From NCBI GenBank assembly GCA_963727445.1, contig CAVSGI010000009.1:832001-896000 (forward strand): DNA of 64,000 nucleotides, in the 5' to 3' direction. Position 1 is the stretch's first letter, and every line of letters starts with the position of its first letter. This DNA is from an uncultured delta proteobacterium. GTDB taxonomy: Bacteria > Myxococcota_A > Polyangia > Polyangiales > B10-G4. Position numbers and translations under genes: made by a program. Positions 51,023-60,951 of this stretch are shown in pieces. The notes under the pieces are model-generated. The model was not told the DNA's origin. It saw only the letters and a list, made by a program, of their open reading frames with translations, and made no database searches.

Positions 51023-52426
51023 ATGCGCGCCCATTCTTTGCTCATTTTCTCCGCCATCGCCCTCACCCTCGCCGCCTGCGGGGATGATGGGGCCTCCGAC
51101 ACCGGCCCCACGGACGGTGGTGGCGACGCCGCCGACACCACTCCGCCCACCGACACCGGCACCGATACCGGCGCCATGGATTCCGCCATGGACAGCACGG
51201 TTCCCGGCTGTGAGACGGACTGTGAGTTCATCGACGTCGTGGCGGGCGCAACCCACAGCTGCGCGCTTCGCGCCAACGGCACCATCTGGTGTTGGGGCGG
51301 CAACATCAACGGCGCTCTCGGCGACGGCCGCATGCGCCACGGCATGCAGTGCGGGATGATGGAAGGTGGGGACGTTCCCGACTGCTCGCCCCCGGTGCAG
51401 GTGGCCGTCATCGACGACGCGACCGCGCTGAGCTCGCGTGGCGGGATCGAGAACTGCGCTCTGCGTTCGAGCGGTGGCGCCTGGTGCTGGGGCCAGCAGA
51501 GCGTGGCGCCGGCGACCGGCGGTGAGCCCCCCAAGCGCTACACCCCGGAGGCGCGGAGCGGCCTCGACTCCGTCGAGACCATCAGCGACGGATTCGATCA
51601 CACCTGTGGCGTCGCCGCGGGGCAGGCGGTCTGCATCGGTCTCAACCAATCGGGTCAGATTGGCGACGGCACCAAGGTCGACGCCCGCACCGCCTACACG
51701 GTCCCGATGCCCACCGACATGGAGATCGTCGAGGCCGGCGCCGCCTCGGACTTCACCTGCGGGCTCGCTGGCGGTTCCGCCTGGTGCTGGGGCAACAACG
51801 ACTCGGGTCAGCTCGGCGACGGCGTCGATGCCCACATGGGCGGCTGCATGGGCTCGGTCGCCATGTACGACTGCAGCCTCACGCCGGTGGAGGTCACGAT
51901 GCCCGACGGCATCACCTTCTCCGACATCAAGTTGGGCGCCGGCCATGCTTGTGCCCTCGGCAGCGACAACAACGCCTATTGCTGGGGCGCCAACAACTAC
52001 GGCCAGCTGGGCCTGGGCAACCTGGACGCGTCCAGCGTGCCCGTGCAGATCACCGACACGGGTGATGTCGCCGCGCTCGACGCCGGCGCGGTCTTCACCT
52101 GCCTCCTGTACACCTCCGGCGCGGTCTCCTGCTTCGGCGACAACCAGGAGGGCCAGATCGGCGATGGCAGCTTGGATCACGGCGGCGACTGTGGTGGCGC
52201 GGCCACCGGGTGCTGCGGTCCGATGGGAACCGACTGCTCCTGGGACATCTCGCCGGTCTCCGGTCTCACCGACGCCGTCACCATCGGCCTCGGCTGGCGT
52301 CACGCGTGCGCGATCCGCATGACCGGCGACGTCGTGTGCTGGGGCTACAACAGCAAGATGCAGCTCGGCGACACAACTCGCGATCGGCGTGACGCGCCTG
52401 TCACCGTGATGTCCCTGGGCGACTAG
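51023..52426 (+). CDS. RCC1-repeat lipoprotein
   Basis: AACGDD lipobox; repeated H.CAL...G..WCWG.N..GQLG units. Confidence 0.93.
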   Translation: MRAHSLLIFSAIALTLAACGDDGASDTGPTDGGGDAADTTPPTDTGTDTGAMDSAMDSTVPGCETDCEFIDVVAGATHSCALRANGTIWCWGGNINGALGDGRMRHGMQCGMMEGGDVPDCSPPVQVAVIDDATALSSRGGIENCALRSSGGAWCWGQQSVAPATGGEPPKRYTPEARSGLDSVETISDGFDHTCGVAAGQAVCIGLNQSGQIGDGTKVDARTAYTVPMPTDMEIVEAGAASDFTCGLAGGSAWCWGNNDSGQLGDGVDAHMGGCMGSVAMYDCSLTPVEVTMPDGITFSDIKLGAGHACALGSDNNAYCWGANNYGQLGLGNLDASSVPVQITDTGDVAALDAGAVFTCLLYTSGAVSCFGDNQEGQIGDGSLDHGGDCGGAATGCCGPMGTDCSWDISPVSGLTDAVTIGLGWRHACAIRMTGDVVCWGYNSKMQLGDTTRDRRDAPVTVMSLGD

Positions 52427-52435
52427 CCTGCTCCG

Positions 52436-53894
52436 ATGAGCGGCGCGCTCTTCCCGAACGTCAGCCCCGATCGTCCGGCGCTCAGCGTCGAAGATCGGAC
52501 GCTGACGCACGGTGAGCTGGCGCGCGCTCTGTCGCGTCACTTCGAACGGCTCTCGTCGGCGGGAGTGTCGCCCGGTGACCGTGTCGCGGTCTGGACCGAG
52601 CGCACCCTCGAGACGCCGGTAGCCCTCCTCGGCAATGCCGCGGCGGGCATCGTGAGCGTCCCGCTCAACGCGTCCCTGGGCGAGCGCGAGCTCGCCCACA
52701 TCCTTCGTCACGCGAAGCCCAAGCTGGTGGTGGCCACCAGCCCCGCGAGCGCTTCGCGCACCCCCGATCATTCGGTGGTCGAGGCGACGGTCGACACCGC
52801 GGGCGAGCCTCGGCTCTCCGTGCGGGATGCCGACGACGCGCCTCTACTGATCCTCTACACCTCCGGCACCACCGGCCCGCCCAAGGGCGCCGTGCTCACG
52901 GCGAAGAACGCCGCCGCGAACATCGACGGCCTGGCCGCCGCCTGGGCCTGGACGCCACGAGACACCGTGGTGCACGCCCTGCCGCTCTTCCACGTCCACG
53001 GGCTGATCCTCGGGCTCTTCGGGAGCCGTCGCGTCGGGGGTCATCTCCACTGGGTGCCGCGCTTTTCGCCGGAGAGGGTCGCCGGGGCTCTCTCGGCAGG
53101 CGGGACGATGCTCTTCGCGGTTCCCACGATGTACCACCGACTGGTGGAAGCCGCGGAGGCCGACGCTTCGATCGCGTCGACGCTGGCGGGCGCGCGCCTG
53201 CTCATCAGCGGGTCGGCGGGTCTGCCCGTCCGCGAGCATCGGCGCATGGAGGCGATCACCGGCCGGAAGGTCATCGAGCGCTATGGCCTCACCGAAACCC
53301 TGATCAACACGGCCGTTCATCACGACGCGCCGAGGCCGGGCTACGTGGGCCCGCCGGTTCCGGGCGTCCAGCTCCGGCTCGTCGACGACGCGCGTCAGCC
53401 GATGGACGCGCGAGACGACGCGACCATCGGAGAGGTGGCGGTGCGCGGGCCGTCGGTCTTCGCGGGCTACCTCGACGACCCCGAGGCCACCGCCAAGGTG
53501 CGGGACGACGACGGCTGGTTCTACACCGGAGACCTCGCCACCATGACCGAGGACGGCGTCCTGCGCATCGTCGGGCGGCGCGCCACCGATTCTGATCAAG
53601 ACCGGCGGCTTCAAGGTCGGCGCTGGCGAGGTGGAGGCGGCGCTCCTCGAGGAGGTGGGGGTGGCCGAGGCAGCCGTCACCGGCGTGCCCGATGAGGATC
53701 TCGGGCAGCGCATCGTGGCGTACGTGGTGCCGCGCGACGCGGCCGCGCCTCCCGACGCCGACGCGCTGATCCGTGCCGTCGCCAATGCCCTCGCACCCCA
53801 CAAGCGTCCCCGGCAGATCCGCTTCGTCGAGGCGCTGCCGCGCAACGCGATGGGGAAGGTGCAGAAGAAGCGCCTCGGAGAGCTCGACCCTTGA
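52436..53894 (+). CDS. Acyl-CoA synthetase (MatB-like), frameshifted near 53590
   Basis: YTSGTTGPPKG, HALPLFHVHGL, ERYGLTE, TGD; continues DLIKTGGFKV..LPRNAMGKVQK in another frame. Confidence 0.9.
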
Positions 53895-54877
53895 AGTCCG
53901 AGGACGGCTATCGCCTCGATCCGCTGAGTGGGGAGTTCATCGCGGTGACCCCCGGACGGCGCAAGGCCTACAAGCCCCGCACCCGGCCTGCAGAGATGCC
54001 GCAGATCGCAGGCCGCTGTCCCTTCTGCCCCGGCCACGAGTCGGACACCGAGGAGACAATCGCCCAGACGCCCGCGTCGGGACCCTGGCAGGTGCGCGTG
54101 GTGAAGAACATCTATCCCCTCGCGAGTGAGGGCGCCGAGGTGGAGCCGGTGACGGGTGGCGTGCTCGAGGCGGCGCGCGGCATGCACGAAGTGGTGGTGG
54201 AGCACCGCGCGCACGACGTGGACATGCCCGACTACGACGACGCGCATCTGGCAGCGGTCCTTCGCACCTACCGAGACCGCGTCGCGGCGCTCTCGTCCAT
54301 GGAAGGCGTGGCGTCGGTGGCCGCTTTCCGCAACCGCGGCCGCCGCGCGGGCTCGTCCCAGCCGCACCCTCATGGCCAGGTGGTCGCCGTCCCGGTCGTC
54401 GCGCCGCGGCAGGCGAGGCGCCAGGCCCTCGCCCGTGCCCACCACGACGAGGCCGGCGAGTCGCTCCTCGACACGATGGTGAAGGCCGAGCTCCGCGCCG
54501 AGCTTCGCGTCATCGAAGAGCGTCGCGGCTTCGTGTCGTTCGTCCCCTTCGCGGCGCGCCAGAACCATCACCTGCGCATCGCGATGCTCGGCGCGCGAGG
54601 AGGCTTCGGCGGCGTCACGGACGACACCATCGCCGCCCTCGCCGAGGCTCTGGGGCGCGCCCTCGTCCGGGTGAGGGCGGCGACCGGCGACGCGCCCTAC
54701 AACATCCTCTTCGAGTCGCCGCCGGTGGGGGCGCAGAGCCACGCCGGCGCCTTCTGGTATGTGGACGTGCTGCCGCGGCGGGGCGGTCACGCCGGTTTCG
54801 AGCTGGGCTCGGGGATCGAGGTGGTGACGGTTCTACCCGAGCGTGCGGCCGAGGAGCTGCGCGCCGCGCCCTTCTGA
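53891..54877 (+). CDS. GalT-like nucleotidyltransferase (HIT superfamily)
   Basis: CPFCPGHE, HEVVVE, AGSSQPHPHGQ, AGFELGSG. Confidence 0.88.
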   Translation: MKSEDGYRLDPLSGEFIAVTPGRRKAYKPRTRPAEMPQIAGRCPFCPGHESDTEETIAQTPASGPWQVRVVKNIYPLASEGAEVEPVTGGVLEAARGMHEVVVEHRAHDVDMPDYDDAHLAAVLRTYRDRVAALSSMEGVASVAAFRNRGRRAGSSQPHPHGQVVAVPVVAPRQARRQALARAHHDEAGESLLDTMVKAELRAELRVIEERRGFVSFVPFAARQNHHLRIAMLGARGGFGGVTDDTIAALAEALGRALVRVRAATGDAPYNILFESPPVGAQSHAGAFWYVDVLPRRGGHAGFELGSGIEVVTVLPERAAEELRAAPF

Positions 54878-54890
54878 TATGCTCCTCGCC

Positions 54891-56192
54891 GTGAGGCGCT
54901 GCGCCCATCTCTCGATCGCTCTCGCTCTGCTCGCCACGTCGAGCGTCGCCTTCGCCCAGGCGGGCGGGCTCGGCGCGCCGCCGCCTCCGCCGGGCGGGAC
55001 GCCTCCAGCCGGGCAGCCGCAGGAGGGCGCCGAAGGCGGCGCCGCGGGGGAGGAGACCACGCCGGCCGCTGGAGGCGCGAGTGGCGAAGGGGAGGGGACG
55101 GGTGCCGAAGGCCAAGGCACGCCCGCCGAAGGCGAGGGCGAGGGCACGCCCGCCGCGGGTGAGGGCGAGGGAACGCCCGCCGAGGGCGAAACGCCCCCTG
55201 GCGACACGCAGCCCGTGAACCAGCTCCAGCTCATCGTCATCGACGCCGCGCCCTACGGCATCGATCCGGTGGTCGGTCGTCACGTCTCGGATCAGATGCG
55301 CGCGACCGGCGCGGCCATGGGCTACACGGTGGTGTCGCCGGAGGCGACGGTGCAGGCCGCCCAGAGCCTTCAGATGCCCTATCCACCGAGCCCGGCCGAT
55401 CTGTGGCGCGTCAGCTACGCGAGCCAGTCGCAGCGTGGCGCCTTCGCCCGGGTGTGGGCGCACGGGGGCGTCTACGTCATCGAGATCACCGTCGCCAGCC
55501 TCGACAACAGCGGCCCCTTCATCTCGCGCGGAAACGCGGGCGCGTCGGATCTGCACGCGGTGGTGGATCAACTGCTCCGCGAGGCGCTGCCACCGCCCGA
55601 CGCCTGGCAACCAGGCACGCCCACCGCCGGCGGGGCAACCAACTTCTCGCAGGGGATGACGCAGGCGCCGCAGGAGACCGAAGAAGAGCGCCTGGCCCGC
55701 GAGCAGGAAGAGGCCGAGCGGCGTGCGCGCGAAGAGGAGGATCGCCGTCGCACCGAAGAAGCCATGAAGTATCGCTGGCATCTGGTCCTACAGACCGAAG
55801 GGGCCATCGGGACCTCGCAGCAGGGCTTCTACAATCACCTGGTCGGCGCGCGCGTCGACTTCCGGGTCTCCCGCGCCATCCTCTTCGGCGTCTACTTCGC
55901 CTACGCCAACCTCGCAGGCAAGGGCGGCCGCGCCGACAACATCTACTTCTCGATCATGGCCGAGGATCGGATCCGGATCTCCTCTTCGAGCGACATCTCG
56001 ATCCCGCTCCGCGTTCACCTGGGCTATCTGCCCTTCAACGGGCCCGTGATCCGGCTCTCGGCGGGGATCAACATTCCGCTCTCGAGTCGCTTCGAGTTGG
56101 GCTTCGACCTGCTCGCTCCGACCTTCTGGATCCTTCCGGACCGCACGGCGGTGTCGCTCAACGTGGCGGCCGAGCTGATCCTACGGCTCTGA
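54891..56192 (+). CDS. Secreted protein with GEG-repeat linker and C-terminal beta-barrel-like domain
   Basis: Signal peptide AFA-Q, GEGEGTPA repeats, coiled coil, amphipathic beta C-terminus. Confidence 0.75.
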   Translation: MRRCAHLSIALALLATSSVAFAQAGGLGAPPPPPGGTPPAGQPQEGAEGGAAGEETTPAAGGASGEGEGTGAEGQGTPAEGEGEGTPAAGEGEGTPAEGETPPGDTQPVNQLQLIVIDAAPYGIDPVVGRHVSDQMRATGAAMGYTVVSPEATVQAAQSLQMPYPPSPADLWRVSYASQSQRGAFARVWAHGGVYVIEITVASLDNSGPFISRGNAGASDLHAVVDQLLREALPPPDAWQPGTPTAGGATNFSQGMTQAPQETEEERLAREQEEAERRAREEEDRRRTEEAMKYRWHLVLQTEGAIGTSQQGFYNHLVGARVDFRVSRAILFGVYFAYANLAGKGGRADNIYFSIMAEDRIRISSSSDISIPLRVHLGYLPFNGPVIRLSAGINIPLSSRFELGFDLLAPTFWILPDRTAVSLNVAAELILRL

Positions 56193-56199
56193 GCCGGGG

Positions 56200-58548
56200 T
56201 CAGTTGGCCGCTTCGAACTGGAAGGGATAGGCGACGCGCACCTCGCCGCCGCCCTCCGGAGCGGGGAAGGTCCAACGCCGCACCGCCGCGACCAAACACG
56301 ACTCCACGGATTCGTTTCCGAGAGTGGAGCCATCGACCGTGGCGCTGGTGACCGAGCCGCTCGCCCCGACCACGAAGGAGACGGTCACCCGGCCCGCGAG
56401 GTTCGGGCTCTGTGCCAGCGCCCGCTCGTAGCAGTAGCGCGCTTCGTTGATGTGCCGGCGAATCACGCGGCGAATGACCTCGGGGCTCAGAGAGCCCTGG
56501 ACCGCGCTCGAGCCGGTGCGAACGCGCGGGGTGGGCCGGTCGTCGCTGGGAGGCCGCATGGTCGGGGTGCCGCCGCTGGAGCCGATCCCGCCGAGGTCCG
56601 CGAGCCCGATGACGCCGCCGTTCCCGAGGAGCGCTTCGAGCGTTTCCTCCGCTTCCGCCACCGCGTCCGGGTTCCCCTGGAGCAGACCGAGCACGCCCGC
56701 CGCAGCATCCGCGGGCGGTAGCTCGCCCAGATAGAGCGCCGGGGTGAAGCCGCGCGCCTTCGCCAGGCCCACGAAGCGCGAGACGTCTGCTGCGCTCGCT
56801 CCCGGTGCGACGCGCAGGTAGGCGATGGGCTCCTGGGCGAAGTCGACGCGGCCGCCGAGGTCGTCTGGCGCGAGCCGAAGAGGAGCCCGCGACGAGGTGG
56901 GGCGTGGGGTGAGGGTGAGCTCTGTCGCTCCCGCTTCGATGGTGCCCCGATAGGACTCGGGATCGGCCGCCACGAATGCCATCGGCAACGACGATGGAAG
57001 CCGAACCTTCACCGACACGGGCTGCTCAATCATCGCGGCGACCAAGGGGAGCTGCGCTGCAACGGCAGCGCGGCCTTCGGGGGAGACGTCTCCCGGAAGC
57101 CCCGTCCACCAGATCGACTTCGCGCCGGCGGCTTCAGCGGATTCGATCACACGGCTGAGCGTGGCGTGGTCCGTGCGTCGATCGAACGCGAGGCTGAGGC
57201 TCGGCTCGGCCGAGGGGAGGGTCTCGGCGCCCTCTACTTGGCCGAGCATGCCGAGGAGGCCCGTCTGGGGAGGCGGCTCGTCGAGGTCTCCGCCCGCGGG
57301 GCTCACGAGCTGGTGCAGGCTCGCGGTGACCGCCTCCGCACCTGCACCGATGGGGACGGATGGCTGGCCCGCGAGGGGGACCAGGTTTCCTTCGAGCACC
57401 AGCGCATGCACGGCCGGTGGCGTCTCCATCCCGCCGTCGGCGCCGTCGAGCGGCACGGGCTCGAAGCTCGGGTGGTCGCGCCAGGGCGGGCGCGCGAGCT
57501 CGGCGAGACCTGCCGGCGCCGCGCGAACGATGTACTCGTCGAGGCCGACCACGAGCAGCACCACCAAAGCCGACACGACGCCGCCGATCACCATGCCGGC
57601 GCTCACCTTGCTGCGCGTCGCCGACAGGCCGACGAGGGCGAGCAGTGGCACCACGCCGAGGACGATCCCCCACCGCGCGACGGCCGTCGCGGGGGCGAGC
57701 TCTTCGGCCGCGGCGACGAGCACCTCCATGCGTGCGTCCGGAGAGACCATCGCCAACGCGCTGAAAACCTCCATCCGCGCGGCGGTCGCGGCGGCGGCGG
57801 CCGCGGCGACGAAGGCCAGGGAGCCCGCGGCGACCGCGCCGACGGCGAGCGCTGCGCTCCGGTGCTTCGGTGCGTCGCTGCCCACCGCAGCGCCCGCGAG
57901 GCCGGCGGCGATGGTGGCGCCGAGCGCGACGGCGATGGGGGTGCTCGCCGCCATCGGGCTCACGGTCATCAGCCATCCACCGGCCCCGAGGAAGGGAAGG
58001 GCGAGCAGCGCGATGCCCGCCCCCAAAAGAGAACGATCCGGCGCGCGCTGGCCGAGCGCGGCGATGGCGAGCCCGAGGCTCGTGCCGAGGAGCGTGCCGG
58101 AGGCGACGCCGGCGCCGTAGAGGAGCGCGCCACTCGACTCCGCATAGCCCTGCGCGATCATCGGGGCGCGCGAGCTGGGATCTGCGAAGCTCAGCGCCTG
58201 CTCGACCATGTACATGCCGTAGCGATGGCCCGCGAGCCCGATGAGCCATGGCAAGGCCGCCGCGAAGAGCGCGAGCGCCGTGGGTACCCGCCGGCCCGTG
58301 CCTGCGACGCCGATCAGCGCGCCCGCCACGATCCCCGCGAAGGGTGCGGCGAGCATGATGAGATAGAAGGCGATCCCCGTCTGCTCAGCGAAGGCGACCG
58401 CCTCGTCGGGCCCGCCAGCGCCCACCCAGGGCACGAGCAGGCAGCAGCCTGTCGAGAGCACCAGCGGCAGCGCGGCGGCGATCCCGGCGAGGGCCTTGCT
58501 CGGCTCTCTCGTGTCGGTCGGGACCTCCGGCGCCGGGTCGCGCGTCAT
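56200..58548 (-). CDS. Multi-TM protein with ExbB/TolQ-like, ExbD-like and C-terminal AgmX/PglI (TonB-like) regions
   Basis: C-terminal GSLSPEVIRRVIRRH..CYERAL..LAGRV..VESC..FPAPEGG..V.YPF; N-terminal similarities judged by eye. Confidence 0.8.
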   Translation of the reverse strand: MTRDPAPEVPTDTREPSKALAGIAAALPLVLSTGCCLLVPWVGAGGPDEAVAFAEQTGIAFYLIMLAAPFAGIVAGALIGVAGTGRRVPTALALFAAALPWLIGLAGHRYGMYMVEQALSFADPSSRAPMIAQGYAESSGALLYGAGVASGTLLGTSLGLAIAALGQRAPDRSLLGAGIALLALPFLGAGGWLMTVSPMAASTPIAVALGATIAAGLAGAAVGSDAPKHRSAALAVGAVAAGSLAFVAAAAAAATAARMEVFSALAMVSPDARMEVLVAAAEELAPATAVARWGIVLGVVPLLALVGLSATRSKVSAGMVIGGVVSALVVLLVVGLDEYIVRAAPAGLAELARPPWRDHPSFEPVPLDGADGGMETPPAVHALVLEGNLVPLAGQPSVPIGAGAEAVTASLHQLVSPAGGDLDEPPPQTGLLGMLGQVEGAETLPSAEPSLSLAFDRRTDHATLSRVIESAEAAGAKSIWWTGLPGDVSPEGRAAVAAQLPLVAAMIEQPVSVKVRLPSSLPMAFVAADPESYRGTIEAGATELTLTPRPTSSRAPLRLAPDDLGGRVDFAQEPIAYLRVAPGASAADVSRFVGLAKARGFTPALYLGELPPADAAAGVLGLLQGNPDAVAEAEETLEALLGNGGVIGLADLGGIGSSGGTPTMRPPSDDRPTPRVRTGSSAVQGSLSPEVIRRVIRRHINEARYCYERALAQSPNLAGRVTVSFVVGASGSVTSATVDGSTLGNESVESCLVAAVRRWTFPAPEGGGEVRVAYPFQFEAAN

Positions 58549-58552
58549 CGAC

Positions 58553-59275
58553 TCAGAACCGCCCGCTCAGCGCATCGAGGCGGAGCTTCCACACCATCAG
58601 GATGGCTTCGGCGAAGATCTTCCGGCTCATCTTGCTCTGACCCGCGCGCCGGTCGACGAAGATGATCGGGACTTCCTTCACCGCGAATCCCTTGCGCAGC
58701 GCGCGATAGGTGAGCTCGATCTGAAACGAATATCCCTCGGAGCGCACGTCATCGAGGTCGATGGCGCGCAGCACGTCGGCGCGGAAGGCCTTGTAGCCAC
58801 TCGTGAGGTCGCGAACCGAGAGGCCGAGGATCGTCCGGCTGTAGAGCGAGCCGCCTTTCGAAAGGACGTGGCGCCCCACGCCCCAGCCTTCGACGCCGCC
58901 GCCTGGGATGTTCCGCGAGCCGATGACCACACCCGCACCGTCTTCGATCGCCGCGAGGAACTCCGGCAGGTAGCGCGGGTCGTGGCTGAGATCGGTGTCC
59001 ATCTCGAGCACGACGTCGTAGTCACGCTCGAGACCCCAGCGGAAAGCGTCGAGATAGGCGCTGCCCAGCCCCATCTTGCCGGGCCGGTGCATCACGTGAA
59101 CCCGCGCGTCCTCCTCGGCGATCCCGTCGGCCAGCTCCCCCGTCCCATCGGGGGAGTTGTCGTCCACGATCAGCACGTCCACCTCGGGAACGACGCGAAA
59201 GACGCTTTCGAGAAAGGGCTCGAGGTTCTCGCGCTCGTCGTAGGTCGGGGTGACGATGAGGACCCTGGGCGCCAT
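58553..59275 (-). CDS. Polyprenol monophosphomannose synthase (GT2, Ppm1/DPM1-like)
   Basis: PTYDEREN, VDDNSPDGT, MDTDLSHDP, DLTSGY, GYSFQIE, F.DRRAGQSKMS. Confidence 0.93.
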   Translation of the reverse strand: MAPRVLIVTPTYDERENLEPFLESVFRVVPEVDVLIVDDNSPDGTGELADGIAEEDARVHVMHRPGKMGLGSAYLDAFRWGLERDYDVVLEMDTDLSHDPRYLPEFLAAIEDGAGVVIGSRNIPGGGVEGWGVGRHVLSKGGSLYSRTILGLSVRDLTSGYKAFRADVLRAIDLDDVRSEGYSFQIELTYRALRKGFAVKEVPIIFVDRRAGQSKMSRKIFAEAILMVWKLRLDALSGRF

Positions 59276-59364
59276 GGCGGGCGCAAGCTAGCCCGGATCG
59301 ACCCCAACGGCTACGCCGAGTCCTCCATCGCCGAGATCCTGCTTGCACCCTGGTCTGTTTCGGG

Positions 59365-59384
59365 TATTCTGTGAATACAGAATA
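59365..59384. promoter_or_regulatory. Palindromic operator TATTCTGT-N4-ACAGAATA
   Basis: Perfect 8-bp AT-rich inverted repeat in the divergent intergenic region. Confidence 0.65.
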
Positions 59385-59406
59385 TAGATAAGACGAGGTG
59401 TCCGAC

Positions 59407-60120
59407 ATGGCCCACCCCAAAAGGCAAGCGATCGTCGACGAGATCCCCAGCCGCTACAGCCCCACGCTTCACATCAGCCTCACGGTTGGCAGTGGGCTCG
59501 CGGTGCTGATCCTGGCGATGTTCATGATTCGGGAGCTGAGCTTCTACGAGCTGCTCACCGTTCCCGTGATGTGGCTCCTGGCCAATCTGGGGGAGTGGTA
59601 CGCCCACAAGTACATCCTGCACCGGCGTGTGCCGGGGATGACCATCCTCTACGACCAGCACACCCCACGCCACCACGTGGTCTATCCGCACGACGAGATG
59701 GCCATCGAGAGCCGTCGGGAGCTCCATCTCGTCCTGATCCCACCCTTCGGTGTCGCGATGATCACCCTGTCCGCCTCACCCTTCGCGGCGGCCTTCGGTT
59801 ACTTCTGGTCAGCGAACGCGGGGTGGTTGGTGCTCGTAGCCGTAGCCTTGTACATGGTGTCTTATGAGGTCACCCACCTCCTCTATCACCTGCCCGAGGA
59901 TCACTTCATCACGCGTTCACGCGCGGTTCGCTTTCTTCGAGAGCACCATCGCCGTCATCACGATCCGCGGTTGATGCAGCGCTGGAATTTCAACGTCACG
60001 GTTCCTCTGTGGGACGTGATCCTCGGAACGCGCATCTCCGATGCGGCCTGGGCCGCGCACCTGGGCGAGGCGCAGCCCGTCCAAAACCCCGACCCCGAGG
60101 CTGCTCCCGTTCGCACCTGA
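59407..60120 (+). CDS. Fatty acid hydroxylase/sterol desaturase family protein
   Basis: His boxes HKYILH, HTPRHH, HLLYH, HHRRHH; NFNVT.PLWD. Confidence 0.9.
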   Translation: MAHPKRQAIVDEIPSRYSPTLHISLTVGSGLAVLILAMFMIRELSFYELLTVPVMWLLANLGEWYAHKYILHRRVPGMTILYDQHTPRHHVVYPHDEMAIESRRELHLVLIPPFGVAMITLSASPFAAAFGYFWSANAGWLVLVAVALYMVSYEVTHLLYHLPEDHFITRSRAVRFLREHHRRHHDPRLMQRWNFNVTVPLWDVILGTRISDAAWAAHLGEAQPVQNPDPEAAPVRT

Positions 60121-60168
60121 TTCGTCCGGTACGAGGTCCCAGACGAATTTCGTTGTAAGCTCAGGCGC

Positions 60169-60951
60169 ATGAGGCTCCTGAGTTGTGTCGTGCTCGCGGG
60201 GGGGATCTTCCTGATCTCACACGGGGCGGCGGCACAAGCGGCGGCCGGTGAGGACGCCGACGAGGAGGGAGCGCATTTTCTCCTCCGTCAGGGCCTCGAG
60301 TTGGTCGAGCACGGCGACTGGTCTCGCGCGGCGGATCGCTTTCGCACCGCGCTGCGCATGAGCCCGTCGCCAACGATCGAATATCACCTCGCGCGCTCGC
60401 TCTTCGAGCTCGGGCAGCTCAACGAGGCGGAAGAGCTGGTGGTCGCCATCCGAGCGCAGAGCGACGTTCCGGCCGAATTACAGGCGCAGGTCGAGGAGCT
60501 GGCGCAGCGAATTCCTTCGGGCGGCGGGACACTCACCATCCGCGTCGACGGGCCGAACGACGTCGAGATCTTTCTCGACAATCGTTCCCTGCCACCCTCG
60601 CGGCTTCAGGCGCCCATGACCGCCGCCATCGGCAGTCACATCGTCGAGGCACGCAGGGACCACGGGGTCCTCGCCCGTGAGGACGTGACCGTGAGCCGAG
60701 ATACACCTGCGGAGGCCGTCCTCCACATCGCGGTCGCGGACGATCCCCTCGTCGGCAGCGGCGGCGAGAGCCCCGCAGCACCACAGGAGGAAGGATCTCT
60801 GCTGAGCGATTGGCGATTCTGGGCGATCGCCGGCGGGGCCGCGGTGGTGGTGGCGGCGGTCGTCATCATCCTCGCCGTGACCCTGAGCACGAGTCACGTC
60901 GAGGATCCCATCGTCGGTGACTTCCAACCGGGGGTGCTCACATGGCAGTGA
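60169..60951 (+). CDS. TPR + PEGA membrane protein
   Basis: Signal peptide, TPR-like helices, PEGA-like strand region, C-terminal TM (WRFWAI..). Confidence 0.8.
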   Translation: MRLLSCVVLAGGIFLISHGAAAQAAAGEDADEEGAHFLLRQGLELVEHGDWSRAADRFRTALRMSPSPTIEYHLARSLFELGQLNEAEELVVAIRAQSDVPAELQAQVEELAQRIPSGGGTLTIRVDGPNDVEIFLDNRSLPPSRLQAPMTAAIGSHIVEARRDHGVLAREDVTVSRDTPAEAVLHIAVADDPLVGSGGESPAAPQEEGSLLSDWRFWAIAGGAAVVVAAVVIILAVTLSTSHVEDPIVGDFQPGVLTWQ

